Assembly: GCF_963921235.1 (NCBI RefSeq)
Contig: NC_086108.1
Location: forward strand, 51,276,001 to 51,340,000
Reading direction: 5' to 3'
From: Mobula hypostoma
Taxonomy: Eukaryota
Length of the DNA stretch: 64,000 nt
Shown here piece by piece: positions 49,544 to 63,815 of the stretch (the first letter of the stretch is position 1; the number at the start of each line of letters is the position of its first letter). The position numbers were made by a program, and so were the translations under genes. The notes under the pieces are model-generated. The model was given only the letters and a program-made list of their open reading frames with translations, was not told where the DNA came from and did no database searches.

Positions 49544-51771
49544 TAACTTCTGAACTCAGTGCCTCGATTAATAAGGACAAGCATGCCATATACCTTCTTA
49601 ACCACGCTATCAACTTGTGTAACTACTTCCAGGGAGCTGTGAACTTGGACCCCAAGATCCTCTGCTCATCAACATTGTTAAGGGTTTTGCCCTTAACAGT
49701 GTACTGTCTCTTTACATTTAACTTATCAAGGTGCAACATTTCACATTTGGCTGGGTTAGACTCCAGCTGCTATTTCTCCATCCACATCTGCAACTGATCT
49801 ATTTCCCGTTGTATTTTTTTGCCAGTCTTCTACACAATTCGTAACACCACCAATCTTCATATCATCTGCAAACTTGCTAACCCACCCATCAGGGCATTTA
49901 TGTACATCACAAATAGCAGAGGTCCCAGTACAGATCCTTACAGAACACTACAAATCACAGACCTCCAGCAAGAATGAGTCCCTTCACCCACTACCCTCTG
50001 TCTTCCATGGGCAAGCCAGTTCTGAATCTAAACCAGCCAATTCACTGTGGACCCCATGCATCTTAATATTCTGGATTAGCCTCTTATACCTTCTTAAAAT
50101 CCATGTAGACAATATCTGCAGCTCTACCTTCATCAATCACCCTTATCACCTCATCAAAAAATACAATCAAGTTAGTAAGACCTCACTTGTGGCTACGGAG
50201 GGCACAAATATATTGATCAAGGTCCTAGCAATCTCATCTCATCTCTCATATCCCTAGGGACTTGTAAACCTTAAAGCTCTTTAAGAGACCCAACACTATC
50301 TCTTCCTTTACTTCGCATTAATACGCTCAACACTGATCTCCGTGTCCTCCATGTCTTTCTCCTTGGTAAATAATGATTTAAGCACTCATTATGGACCTTA
50401 CCCACATTTTCTGCAACTAAGCAAATGCTCCCTTCTTTATCCTTGAATGGTCCTTCCCTCTCCCTAATTGTCCTCTTGTTCCTGATGTATGTATAGAATG
50501 CCCTGAGATTCTCTTTAATCCTACTTGCCAAGGAATATTTATGACCCTTCCTGGCTTTCCTAATTTCCTTCTTGGGTTCTTTTCTGGCTTCTTTATAATC
50601 CTCAAGGGCTCTGTTTGACACTAGCTTCCTAAGCTTTACATAATTTTTCTTTTTATTCTTGACTAAATTCATCACCACCCTTGACATACAACGTTGTCTT
50701 ACCTTGCCACCCCTGTCATTCCTTTTGACTCTCCTGTATGCTGTGCAGTTGGTCTTTAAACACTCTCCACATATTGGATACGGGCTTGCACAAAAAAACA
50801 GATGTTCCCAATTAAATCTCCCTAGTTCCTGCCTAATACTCCCATAATTTGTCCTGATCCGATTTAATACTCTCCCACGAGGTCCGTACAAATCCTTATC
50901 TATAGGTATCTTAAAACTTAAGGTGTTGTGGTCACTGTTCCCTATCTGGTCACCTAATGAAAGGTTGGTCACCTGGCTGTTATGTTTTATAAGTCCAAAA
51001 ACAAATTGAAAGAAAAAGGCAGGAGAGCCAGGGATAACTCAAGTACATTTCATATTTACATTAGTGAAGTGTGCTCTTATATGCTGGCATAATGATATAT
51101 GCCATTCATGTACTTTTACGTATAACCTGTAATGAATTATGTAAACAACAAAGAATGCTTAATCAAACAATATATTTACAATATTACTGAAATAAACTCT
51201 CCTCCCTGCTTAGCTCTAAACTCCACCTCAATATAGAATGCATTCTAAGTGACGGAAGGACTGTTTGATGTTCTGAGAGTTATGTGATTGGACTGTACTT
51301 TATATTGGTCTCCTTCAGTTTCTCGGCGTTTTCTTTCTTGTGGCTGACCTGTAAGTTCTTTGTATCTGGGTGGGGGGGGGGATTTTTTTTAATGCTACTG
51401 TTGCTGTTCTTTTTTGCGAGTGAGGAGTTGGTCATTGTTTTTGTCTCTGCCAAGAGGGGTTGGGCATGTATTGTTATTGGTGCTGTCTTTTTCTGTGGGA
51501 GGGCAGGGTCATGGATTGTTATTGTTGCTGTTGTTTTTCCGTGGGTGACAGTGTCAGAGATTGTTATTGTTGCTGTTTATTTTCTGCAGATAGGGGGTTG
51601 GGAATTCTGGGGTCTGCAAGTTTTGTTTCTTTTACTTTTTCATGGATATTTCATGGCTATCTGGAAAAGCCAAATATCAGAGTTGTATTGTATATGCATA
51701 CTTTGACAATAAAATGAACCTTTTATTTTGATCTTCACAATAAACACAGTATAGATACTGTAGATATAATA

Positions 51772-52180
51772 CAGGTGTCCCCCGCTTTTCGAATGTTCGC
51801 TTTACGAAACCTCACTGTTACAAAAGACCTACATTAGTTACCTGTTTTCACTTTCAGAAGGTGTTTTCACTGTTACGGAAAAAAAAAGCAGCGCACGAGA
51901 TTTTTGCTACGGAGAACAGTGCCAGTAATGATCGTGGAAAAGTATTTCTACTTTATATAGGCTGTGTATTTATCATATCATTCCTGCTTTTACTATATGT
52001 TACTGTTATTTTAGGTTTTATGTGTTATATGGCATGATTTGGTAGGTTATTTTTGGGTCTGCAAACGCTCACAAAATTTTCCCATATAAATAAATGGTAA
52101 TTGCTTCTTGGCTTTACGACATTTCGGCTTACGAACTGCTTCATAGGAACGCTCTACCTTCGGATGGTGGGGGAAACCTG
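51772..52180. mobile_element. Tigger/pogo-type MITE 190 bp upstream of NTMT2 exon 3
   Basis: TA|CAGGTGTCCCCCG...TGGGGGAAACCTG|TA. Confidence 0.8.
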
Positions 52181-52366
52181 TATTTGTTCAGGAAAAAATA
52201 GAGGTAACATTTACAATCCTTCAGGTTGAAACTTGACGTGGGCTTGATGTTATCCTTCACCAGTACTGCAGATGATATTTCAGGCAGAATTTGTACAGAA
52301 TAATATGGATTATGTGGCTATCCAATATCAATCCATTATAGACTAATACTGTACATTTAATTTTGA

Positions 52367-52627
<261 letters not shown>

Positions 52628-53377
52628 TGACTAGAAAAGAAGTGTGCAATTTTGATATCAGAACTGCAGCAATGTTGATACTTGTTGAATTATAAATTAT
52701 TGGTAGTTTTTTTCATCAGTTCAAAATTAATGGATGGTCTTACATCTGTAATACCTCCGTCGGTGGAGCTTTGTTTTAGAAGTTAGCAGACTGAAGAACC
52801 ACTCCAGGCACTTAAGCACAAGATTTAGACTGACACTGCATTGGATTGAGGAATGTGTCTTTTTTTTGCACTTAATATTAAACCAAGTCTTGAAATTGTT
52901 GTGGCATATTTAGCATCACAGCAATGACTTAACTTTCAAAACTACTTCATTGACTGTAAGCTACATCTGAACAGTTGAAGGTTATGAGAAATGTTATATA
53001 AATACAAAAATGCAAATCTGTTGTTTCCTGTGTGTAGATATGCACATTGCCATCACATTTACTAAAATTTGCTTAATATTTTATCTAATAAATTAATTAT
53101 CAAATTCAAATTCTGATGGAGCAGATAAAAGAATCAAACAATGAAGACAGGACCCCAAAGGAAAATTAAGTTGATAACACTTGATTATTTAAAAACAAAC
53201 TGAACCATATTCAATCACCCTATTTTGGAGAGATATGACCTTCCTCATGAGGAGTGAAAAAGGATCAGTTATGCCAACTTTGAGCAGCTCACGTAATCTC
53301 TTACAGAACAGAGCTTGCAGCAATCAGGGAAAATCATATCTTTCTACTTTCTTGGTTGAAGATGGTGCATTGTTTAA

Positions 53378-53725
<348 letters not shown>

Positions 53726-54289
53726 TAACTTCTCTAGTAAACTTGTTCATCTCAAACAGTCCTTATTTTAGACTTCCTCTTTGGTGAAATTATCCATAAG
53801 ATATATAAAAATTAACGTTGGATAATGCTATACCTTGATCTATAAAGTCTGCTTTATACATGATTCAAGTTTAAGGTATTTAATTCTCAGTTATTAGTGA
53901 TTTCTTTTAACTTGATAGCAATATGCAAGATTTTTATCAGGTAAAATTTTATCAGGTAAATGCACTTTCAGTTCACTGTCAATGTGGTTTAAAGAAGTGA
54001 AGCCAATGACAGTAAAGTTATTTAAGCACCTATTATTCTGTGCAATGACACTGATCAAAAAATTTCCAGAATGTCAGTTATAGTTGGGTCTATAGAAAGC
54101 CCAGTTTAGCTAGATATCTTGGAGGTGTCCTCAGTCAGGGGCAGAAAACAGAAAAATTACGGACACATTAAACATGAATTGAAGCAGTCAATTTTTAAAT
54201 AGAAATGATTTACAGCTATAATTTTTGACTCAAGTAGACCAGAGCCTATCTCCGGATTTTAGAGCTTAGGACCGACGAAGAACCACCCT

Positions 54290-54295
54290 AATAAA
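54290..54295 (+). terminator. Candidate NTMT2 polyadenylation signal
   Basis: First AATAAA I noticed downstream of the stop codon (another at 54771); followed by a GT/T-rich tract. Confidence 0.35.
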
Positions 54296-57200
54296 AGTCT
54301 TGAACAAACTGTTGCTTAGAAATTCAATTGTGTAGTGTTTTCTAGAAACTCTGCATGTCTGAATACTACCTGATTTTTGAATGTAATTCTTTTGTAATGT
54401 GTTTGCACAGAATTTTGCCACTTCTAAATTCCGTTGCACACTCTATAATATGATTCATGCATGTTCTGACAATGAATTTTCTAAAGTGAGCATGCACGTA
54501 ATGATGCACTGCTTGGTAGGAGAAATTAGTTGAAGTGAGTCCATAGTCTTCCTGGTGTTGGGCACTCCTATCCTAACAAAGTTTTAATAATCCCCATAAT
54601 CTAATGGGAGCATTCCTGAGTTGATCCCAGCACAATATTTTGCTTAATTTAATTACTTTTTATCTTTCAGACCCCCCCCTTTATTAAACAAACCCTAGAC
54701 CACCTGCCCAACCTGAGTTCGACACTTGTATATCCTGCATCCGCTGATTCTTTGGTTCCAGGCCCTCATCAATAAACCCCTTCCTTTGCACGTACTCAAT
54801 CAAGTCCTTCCCCTTTTCAGCCTCAATTTATTGATAATGCCTGACTCATTGAGCTCCTTCCCTCTCAGCAATCAGCTCATAATTCACCCAAACTTCTCTT
54901 CCTCCACTGTTTGACTGGTGATCGCAACCCAATCCTACTTTCAAACTCTCATCTCTGCTCTATGATATTGCTCTTCCTGGTCCCACCCAATGCAGTATAC
55001 TTCTATAAGATTATTTCAGTACCACCCAGAATTTGCAATTCAGGCAATACTGTTCCGCTAAGTGTTGGACTACAACCAAAACAGTCAGTAGGACAATGAG
55101 TACAACAGCTTAACTGCAGAAGTAATGAAGTTCTAGGCTCATGTGTTTAAATAGTACCCTTATATTTGCCTTTCTTTTACACAAATGTACAACTATGAAT
55201 TTGTTTTAGTGTGCCATCAAGTGTTGGGATTGGGGATGGCTTTCAGGATTTTTGTATAATATTGATTTGGAAAATACAGGCAATAGTTTGGAAATAAAAT
55301 ATTTAGAATCATAGAGAAGTATAGCACAGAAACAGGCCCTTCAGCGCATCTAGTCCATGCCAAAACCATTTAAACTGCCTACCTCCATCAACCTGCACTG
55401 GGACCATAGCCCTCCATATTCCTACCATCCTCGTACCTAAACAAACTTTCCCCTCACATTCCCCTTAAACTTCTCACTTTTCACCCTTAACCCATGACCT
55501 CTGGTTGTAGTTCCACTTGTTTACTTCTTGGTGTTTTTTATCCCCAAGGTAAAACTACATTGATGGAATGAAATTAATCCTTTTTACATCATTACTAGAG
55601 AGTCATTAATAATATGAAGTGAATACCATCCATTGGCAGTATATTGACACATACTGTATACTGTAGTTGTGTCTAGGGTAAACAGCTGTTGATACTTGAT
55701 GCATTCTTGGCCACTGGTTTCCTCCTTCTCTTGGCATATTCAATGAACAACTTAATCCCACTGCAGTCCCTTCCCCAGCAAAATGGCCAACTCTATCAGC
55801 TTTGATAGTTCAATGCAAGCAAAGACTAATGGTTCAGGAGCAAGGTTCATCCAATAGCTCTGCCTGTCATCGAGTTAAATGAGCATTGAATGAGAATCCA
55901 GCTCAATGAATGAATTAAGCAGCATAATCAGCGTTATGTGAAAGACCTGCTTATTACGGAGTTACTCATAGTTTACTGATTGAAATGTCTCTGTCAAGAG
56001 CAATTAGCTAACTCTTGACCTTAGGATGAGTTTGAGGGGCATGTCCAACTAACTACAAATGTTTTCCTCTGATCTGTCATACCTAATGAGACAATGAAAT
56101 AGTTCATGGCATTTCTCAGTCTTGTATTGGAAAAAGGAATTAGAAATGTTCATGCCACCATAATAGCTTCGAAATTCTTAAGAGGCATAAGAGCGCGGGG
56201 GAAATTTGTGCCAACAGTATAATAAAAACACAACAGTTTGAACAATTTTACAACTCCCATTCTGGTAAATCTCCAAAATATTGCAAAGAAACAATTCATG
56301 AATGGAAGAAAACGTTTCACGATGCAAATGAAAAACAACTGGAAGAAACTTCCCCTCTGTCATCATCGTTCTCCCTCACTTCTAAAATAAAACTTTAAGA
56401 TACAAAACAATATTTCCTGAGGTCGACTGAAATAAAAATCTCAACTGTTTAAAAAGTGCACTTCATCAATCATCGGGTTAGTTTGGAATGGCCAGTGTCA
56501 ATCTGACCAAAAGTTTCATCAGATTTTATAGAGATGGGATGAGGAGCTCCAGCTGAGAAGCTCCTCAGTTAATTCAGCATGTGGCTTTGAAGGAGCTTCT
56601 TAAGTTTCAACAGCTGCATAACTGCTGAATCTCAGACTCCCTTATGTCATTTAAGAAGACAACTTTGCATCTGATATAATCAGCAAAGTTCAGTCACTAA
56701 TAACATTACCATTCAATGTTGCAAAGTAAACTTTATTTTGATTCTGTAAAATTTGTCTGATGACCACAGAATTTTTTACATGATGTGAAAATACTGTTCG
56801 AACATTTTTTTGCATTCCTTTCTCTGGCCATAGCAAAATCTCAGGATCTAGCTGACAGCAAGTAAATGCCAATTGGTGTTCACAAGCACCTAATATAGCT
56901 CATTGTGATTGCTTATAAAGTTGATTCCTGTAAGGAAACTCCTATGATGATTATTTTTATTTGCGAACGTTTTCAGTGAATTTCTACCTCAGCTATTCAA
57001 CCTCAAATTATCAAATGAAGTTGGTTGTGTCTAGCGTTGACTCCAAATTACAACATAAAATACACACAATTTGTAAATAAATACACTGTTTCTGGTTTAC
57101 ACATGGCAAATTTTTGAACATCGAAAGCAATAGGACTATCTGGGACCCTGCAAAAAGCACAGTTGGTGTTCTCTCTTCACTTCATGAAGCTATTGCAAGG

Positions 57201-57867
57201 GGAAGATAAAGGGGAAGGAGAAAAATCTAAAACCAGAAATGGGAAGAAGCAAATAAAATTAAAATAATAGCGCTTCAATATACTTTCTTAATTAACTGTG
57301 TCAATATCAGAAGTTTAAATCCCATTTCAGTAAGTAATCTAGGCCAACAATCATTCCTTTATTGAAATGGTCCTGCGTTGTCAGCAGTCCCATTCCTTGG
57401 TCAATTTCCAAAACTGCAGCCGCATCACCAATTACATTTGCAGAAGTGGAAATCAAAGATGCCAAGAGCATTTACTTCTTCCAGTGCCAGACAGCAGTCA
57501 CTCCTCTTCCAACCTCAGCAGAAGCAGATGAGCTGGTGTATATCACATTACTGTTTACTGGACCCTACTGAGTGCAAAGTGGCTGCTGATTTGAAATCAC
57601 AATATTAAGAAAGCTGAAATGATTTTTAAAACACAGTTCTAAAACCGCCCCCCCAATCTGTAATGAATGCAGATGTACTTAACTCTTCATCTGTGAGGTG
57701 GATCCCATAAGTTTCTCTGAAAGTTCGGTCATTGGGGATATATAATGGGTACATATGAGAATCACTTCTCTTAATGTTTAGCTAAAATTGATGTGAGAAC
57801 AAATGGTCATTCACTAAAACTAAAACAAGTCATTTTTCCACTGAAGTAAAGGATGTGAACAAGCCTG

Positions 57868-58035
57868 AGGAAATCTTCAGATGCTGGAAATCCAAGCACG
57901 ATTACTACTACTACGTCGACTCAGGCCTAGGGGGCCAGTGTTGGGCGTGATGCCAAGCAACACACACAAAATGCTGGAGAACTATGGAAAGGAGTACAGT
58001 CGACATTTTGGGCCGAGACCCTTCATCAGGACAGT
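57868..58035 (-). mobile_element. Penelope-like terminal fragment with mutated hammerhead and a 54-bp nested insert
   Basis: Minus strand CTGATGA-AGGGTCTCGGCCC-AAAA-TGTC. Confidence 0.7.
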
Positions 58036-58087
58036 TGGTTTGACTACTGTTGCATTGTATGTATTTTTGCTTGTGATTAATGTGATT

Positions 58088-59335
58088 CTGAGATACATCC
58101 TGTGGATGCTCTGGGACTCATCAGAGTGACATAACCTGGGGTCGTCGGGTGTTTCGGGTCTTTCAACATCATACACCCTCGGCCAGGTGACCCAGCCGGG
58201 GTTGATCAGACCCCAGCTTGTGTCCCAGCAGCATTGGCCCACGGGTCACCCCTCCTGATCCATAGCCATCTGGGGGCTCTCTCAGCAGCCTCTGTGATGG
58301 TCCTGATCGCTTTCCTCTTGCCAGCCCCAGCGACGTCAGGTAGAGTGTAGACTCTGCAGAGTCAGCAGCCGGCAAAACCCCTGCACTCTACTTCGATGGG
58401 CTCGCAGCAAGCCCTCCAGCCTTGCCTCTAGCACTGCTCCAACAGCTCCTGGTACCTGGCCCGCTTCCGCTCATTTGCCTCCTCAATGAGGTCCTCCCAG
58501 GGAACCGTCAACTCAATGAAGACAACCTGCTTCGAGGACACTGAAGAAAGGACCACATCTGGCCTCAGTAAAGTTGTTGCTATTTGGTCGGGAAACTTCA
58601 GCTGCCTCCCTACGTCAACTTGAAGCAGCCTATCTGCTGCGGTGCTAAGCAGGCCCGATGATGATGCTGGTCTGGGCTGACATAGGGGCCGTGCTCCGGC
58701 TCTGACAAAGGAGATGTTCTTCCTCTGACCACTCTGTTTGCTGGTGGTCATGGCCATCGCATTACTCTCTGCCACTGCCTTCAGCAACTGATCATGAGGC
58801 CACTGGTAGTGACCTTCCCCCAAGGCTTTAGGGCAGCTGCCAAGGATGTGCTCCAGTGATCCTCTTCCTGGACAGAGAGGACAGGCTGATGTATCACTCT
58901 TGCCCCCGCCATGGAGGTTTGCAGGGCTTGGCAAGACATCATAGACAGCCTGGATCATAAATTTAATGCGCTGGGGTTCTGCCTGCCAGATGTCAGACCA
59001 GGAGATTTTTCACTCCAGCGCACCTTCCCACCTTGTCCGTGCTCCCTGCTGCCGCATGCCCACCACCCTGCTATTCCTCTCCTCTTCAACGCCAGCCCGC
59101 ACTTCCTCCAGGACTCGCTGGCGTCTGTCCTTGCCTTTGGCCTTGTCATAGCGAGGTTGTGAACTCCTCATCCGGGCTGCTGAAGGGAAGTCGCAGCTTA
59201 TTGCACATTCCATACGGTGCTGCGCCGCTCAGACTACGAGGTAGGCCCAGCCACCTTCGAAGGTAGTTACTGACCTTTCTCTCCAGCAACTCCACAGTTG
59301 GCACAGGCACCTCGTATACCAGTAGTGGAGGATGC
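58088..59335 (-). mobile_element. 5'-truncated HERO-clade (restriction-like endonuclease) non-LTR retrotransposon
   Basis: CCHC knuckle CPLC...LEHILGSC and PD-(D/E)xK-type motif RPDVVL...IELTVPWE...K..RY; upstream LRRWLGLPRSLS; stop codons present. Confidence 0.85.
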
Positions 59336-59749
59336 CCTTTAAGGCCTTTAATACTTTAAGGCTGTCCTCCCTTTCAATATTCCATCATGTGATGAGCTCT
59401 TTGCTGGGTTGCAACAAAGTTTTATAGGAGTTCCAGTGAGTAAATTGTGAAGAGCCTGTGAATAAATCATATGCATATGTTCCAAGCTTCACGCGCCTTT
59501 GTGTAAGCCAGTGCAGTCTGCAGTGGATTTCGTTAAAAGTTAAGAGCTCACAGAACACACATACCTTGCACTGGCTACTAAGACAGTAAAGGATCACGGC
59601 CATTAAAAATGAAAGCTTTTGAAGATTTCTAGTGACTGCAACAATAGGATGAGTCTGTGAAGTGCTTGACTAATCACAGCAAGCCTTAGGTGTATTCTTT
59701 AGCTAAACTGACATGACAGTGCATAGGAAGCCTCCAATTTATACATCGA

Positions 59750-60550
59750 ATGAGTGGAAACATTATCTCTGATGAATAACATGATCACCGCAGATGGAGA
59801 GAAAGAAGGTGTCTGGAATGAGGCCACACCCGTGTACAAGAAGATGATGTAGTTTGTTGAAATCGGGCCAGATACCTGTGCGAAGTTGGCACACCTATAC
59901 CCTGCAACTCATTTAATGAAGTAATAGAAAAGTTACAAAAGCAACGTGACCCAGCACCATTACATATTGTTAAAAGTTACAGATCTGCAACCAATAAGTG
60001 GAGGTCAGGAAAGATAATTAGCAACTATATAGTTACCCTGAAAGATCTGACCTGGCATTGAAACTTCAGTGCATTTCCAAATCACGTGATGAAATGATGG
60101 ATTAATAGATAAGAACATCCAGTCAAAAGATTGACATCTGAAAGGGTATACAAGGTAACTATATCTATCAAAATGGCCTCCAAAGATAGAAAAGAATTTT
60201 TAGCTTCACAAAATGCTAGAGTAAACTCAGCATTGGTCCAATGACAGGAGCTAATAATACAGAAACTCTGGTGTCATGTCCAGGTCAAATTAAGATGATT
60301 GATGAAAAAAGCAGGGGGTTGTGGAAAATTCTGCTACTGTTGCAATGGGTATCATTCAGCAACACAAGGTGTTTTCATTGCAGAAAATAAGGATCAATAA
60401 TCAGGAAAAAAATCGAATAAATCTGTAAGATCCAAGATGTGTCTGAAGTGAGTACTTCTGGTCAAGAGGAGTCAATGTATGGTGCTGGCAATCAGGGTTA
60501 AATTAAGATCAAACGGCTTTGTCCAGGATGGATTACATGCCAATAATATC
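59750..60550 (+). mobile_element. Highly degraded Gypsy-type gag remnant
   Basis: Frameshifted translation gives VIEKLQKQRDPAPLHIVKSYR...ISNYIVTLKDL..H.NF, resembling Gypsy gag. Confidence 0.45.
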
Positions 60551-60638
60551 TAGCTTGTGTAAAATGTGGAAACTCTGTGAAGTGTGGAATTTGTAAATAT
60601 GTCCAATCCCTGTGTTGTTTATTATGAATGTTAGTATG

Positions 60639-60949
60639 TGTTGGCACGTGGCCAAGTGGTTAAGGCGTTCGTCTGGTGATCTGAAGGTCGCTAGTTCGAG
60701 CCTCAGCTGAGGCAGCATGTTGTGTCCTTGAGCAAGGCACTTAACCACACATTGCTCTGCAACAACACTGGTGCCAAGCTGTATGGGTCCTAATGCCCTT
60801 CCGTTGGACAACATCGGTGCTGTGGAGAGGGGAGACTTGCAGCATGGGCAACTGCCGGTCTTCCACACAACCTTGCCTAGGCCTGCGTCCTGAAAACCTT
60901 CCAAGGTGTAAATCCATGGTTTCATGAGACTAACGGATGCCTATAGTAT
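60639..60949 (+). mobile_element. Full-length tRNA-derived SINE with CORE-like central motif
   Basis: Box A-like TGGCCAAGTGG, box B-like AGTTCGAGCC, GTGTCCTTGAGCAAGGCACTTAAC; 11-bp TSD ATGTTAGTATG (60628-60638, 60950-60960). Confidence 0.85.
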
Positions 60950-60960
60950 ATGTTAGTATG

Positions 60961-62395
60961 AATGGCAGCGATGCTTCACTACTAGATGAACTCAATGCCT
61001 TCTATGCACGCTTTGACAGGAAGAACACGACTACAGCTATGAAGATCCCTGCTGCACCTGGTGACCCTATGATCTCTGTCTCAGAGGCCAACGTTAGACT
61101 GTCTTTAAAGAGAGTTAACCCTCACAAGGCAGAAGGTCCTGATGGAGTACCTGGTAAGGCTCTGAAAACCTGTGCCAACCAACTATCTGGAGTATTCAAG
61201 GACATCTTCAGCATCTCACTGTGACTAGACTGAAATCCTGCCTCAGCAAGGACATGAACCCATTGCAATTAGCCTGTCGTCACAATAGGTCAATGGCAGA
61301 CGCAATCTCCATGGCTCTCCACATGGATTTAGACCACCTGGAAAACACAAACACCTACATCAGGATGCTGTCCATTGTCTATAGCTCAGCATTTAATACG
61401 ATAATTCCCACAATCCTGATTGAGAAGTTGCAGAACCTGGGCCTCTGTACTTTCCCCTGTAATTGGATCCTCGACTTCCTATATGGAAGACCACAGTCTG
61501 TGTGGTTTGGTGATAACATATCCTCTTCGCTGATGATCAACACTGGCACACCTCAGGGGTGTGTGCTTAGCCCACTGCTCTACTCTCTGTATACACATAA
61601 CTGTGTGGCTAGGCACAGTGCAAATATCATCTACAAATTTGCTGACGATACATCCATTGTTGGTAGAATCTCAGGTGGTAATGAGATGGTGTACAGGAGT
61701 GAGATATGCCAACTAGTGGAGTGGTGCCGCAGCAACAACCTGGCACTCAACGTCAGTAAGACATAAGAGCTGATTGTGGACTTCAGGAAGGGTAAGACGA
61801 AGGAACACATACCAATCCCTATAGAGGGATCAGAAGTGGAGAGAGTGAGCAGCTTCAAGTTCCTGGGTGTCAAGATCTCTGAGGATCTAACCTGGTCCCA
61901 ACATATTGATGTAGGTATAAAGAAGGTAAGACAGCAGCTATACTTTATTAGAAGTTTGAAGAGATTTGGCATGTCAACAAATACACTCAAAAACTTCTAT
62001 AGTTGTACCGTGGAGAGCATTCTGACAGGTTGCATTACTGTCTGGCATGGAGGGGCTACGTCACAGGACTGAAAGAAGCTGCAGGAGGTTGTAAATCAAG
62101 TCAGCTCCATCTTGGGTACTAGCCTACAAAGTGCCCAGGACATCTTTAGGGAGCGGCGTCTCAGAAACGGAGTGTCCATTATTAAGGACCTCCAGCACCC
62201 AGGGCATGCCCTTTTCTCACTCTTACCATCAGGTAGGAGGGACAGAAGCCTAAAGGCACATACTCAGCGATTCAGGAACAGCTTCTTCCCCTCGGCCATG
62301 CGATTCCTAAATGAACATTGAAGCTTTGGACACTACCTCATTTCTTTAATATACAGCATTTCTGTTTTTGCACATTATTTGATAATCTATTCAAA
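60961..62395 (+). mobile_element. Rex1/Babar-type LINE RT region
   Basis: SSAFNTIIP, GTPQGCVLSPLLYSLYT, YKFADDTSIVG, LNVSKT, RFRNSFFP. Confidence 0.88.
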
Positions 62396-62399
62396 ACCT

Positions 62400-63140
62400 C
62401 CTCCCAGTGGCTGAAGAACTGCCCCCTAAATTGCCGCGTGGATTCTGAGCATTCAGAGGCCCAATGGGTATGATCTTTGCCACACAACAACTCCATGAAA
62501 AATAATAGGAGCAGCACTAAAGACAACAGCTTGGCCTTCACTGGACTCATTCAAACTTTGATTCTTTCAATTGAAAGGTGTAAAGGAGCTCTCTTCTCAA
62601 ACTTGGCTGCCTGCAGAAATTCATCTTCACTTTCTGTCTGCAAATTGTTATCTTAACCAACGGATTCACAACTGAGAAAACCTCAGTGCAGGCTAGTGTC
62701 ATTGTTCTAAGATCTTTCTCAATGCTTCTTGTTATGGTGATACGCTTCATCTACAAGTGTCACACTCCAGGACAAATGGGTTAGTGCCCAATAGTTTCCA
62801 CTCCACAACTAAGATTATTCCAATTTCAGTCGGTGAGTTGCAGTATCCAGATGATGCTTGCATCTGTCAACATTTAGAGACTGAGCTCCAAGTCACTTAG
62901 CATCTGCAAAACAAAGGCCTTCTACCATCCTGCCCCATTGTATTACACTGCAATTCAACAGAAAACCCTGGAAAATATGGAAAATTCAAGGCAGATATTG
63001 ATGATATAACTTCCTATCACCTTCAGAGTGCCAGTATATCCTTTCATTGTCTAAGGAAATGGAACAAAGACATCAACCCCAAAGCAAATTCATACTTAAC
63101 AGACAGCAGAGTTCCCTGTCCTCCTGAATGGTTCTAACCA
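62400..63140. mobile_element. Degraded RTE-like RT fragments
   Basis: ELQYPDDACIC-like motif near 62835-62870. Confidence 0.4.
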
Positions 63141-63169
63141 CAGAATGGAAAAGGGCATAGAAGCTGAAT

Positions 63170-63815
63170 AAGAAAGTATGGTGGGGGGGGGAGGGGGAGG
63201 ACTACAGCTAGCAAGCTAGGTGAGACCAGGTAACCGGTAAGGTGGGTGGGTTGGGGACGGGTGGATGAGGTAAGAAGCTAGGAGGAGCTATGTGGAAGAG
63301 GTAAAGGGCGGAAGAAGAAAGAATCCAATAGAGGAGGCCAGTAAAGCATGGAAGAAAGGGAAGGAGGAGGGAAACCAGAGGGAGGTATATTTGTTTTGTT
63401 TTACTTGGTTTGCAAAATTTAAAAGTTTGTAGTAAATTGAACTAAAGTTTCAATCATTGTAGATACTGGTTTTGCCATGTTTTCAATTAACTGGGAACTA
63501 AGCCAGTCATTCTATGTAAACGAATGATTGACTTGCACTTCTTCCAGTCAAGTCTACTGTATTTGGTGTCTTCTATATTGGAGAAACCAAATACTAATTA
63601 GATGACCGCTTTGAGGATTTTCTCCAGCGGCAATTCAGAGCTTTCTACTGGCTGACATTTTAATTCTCCAACCACCTCACACTCTGACCCATCTGCCAAC
63701 GGCCTTTGGAACTGCTTTTAAGAATTCCAGTGTAGACTGAGGAACAGCATATCATCGTTCATCTTCTGGCCGTTTACTACTAAATTCTGCAAATTTGGGT
63801 AACTTACTTTCTCTG
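63170..63815. mobile_element. Degraded Penelope-like fragments in both orientations
   Basis: Purine-rich terminal tract and GIY-YIG-like remnant (YIGETK, RLRNSI...). Confidence 0.5.

Larger units (their letters stand above)
46895..50975 (-). mobile_element. Degenerate CR1 LINE ORF2 with nested solo LTR and Rex1 fragment
   Basis: GNSDHNTLSF, LASRIKEN..AFYTYIRNKR motifs on the minus strand. Confidence 0.82.

Noticed and set aside
53929..53960. Short tandem duplication (ATTTTATCAGGTAAA x2) in the NTMT2 3' region
   Set aside because: Ordinary slippage duplication with no evidence of function
57362..57608. Short ORFs considered as possible GORAB exons
   Set aside because: No similarity to GORAB as I recall it, and no convincing splice pattern
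60641..60715. tRNA-like sequence with box A/B
   Set aside because: SINE head: no complete cloverleaf, followed by a SINE body and flanked by TSDs
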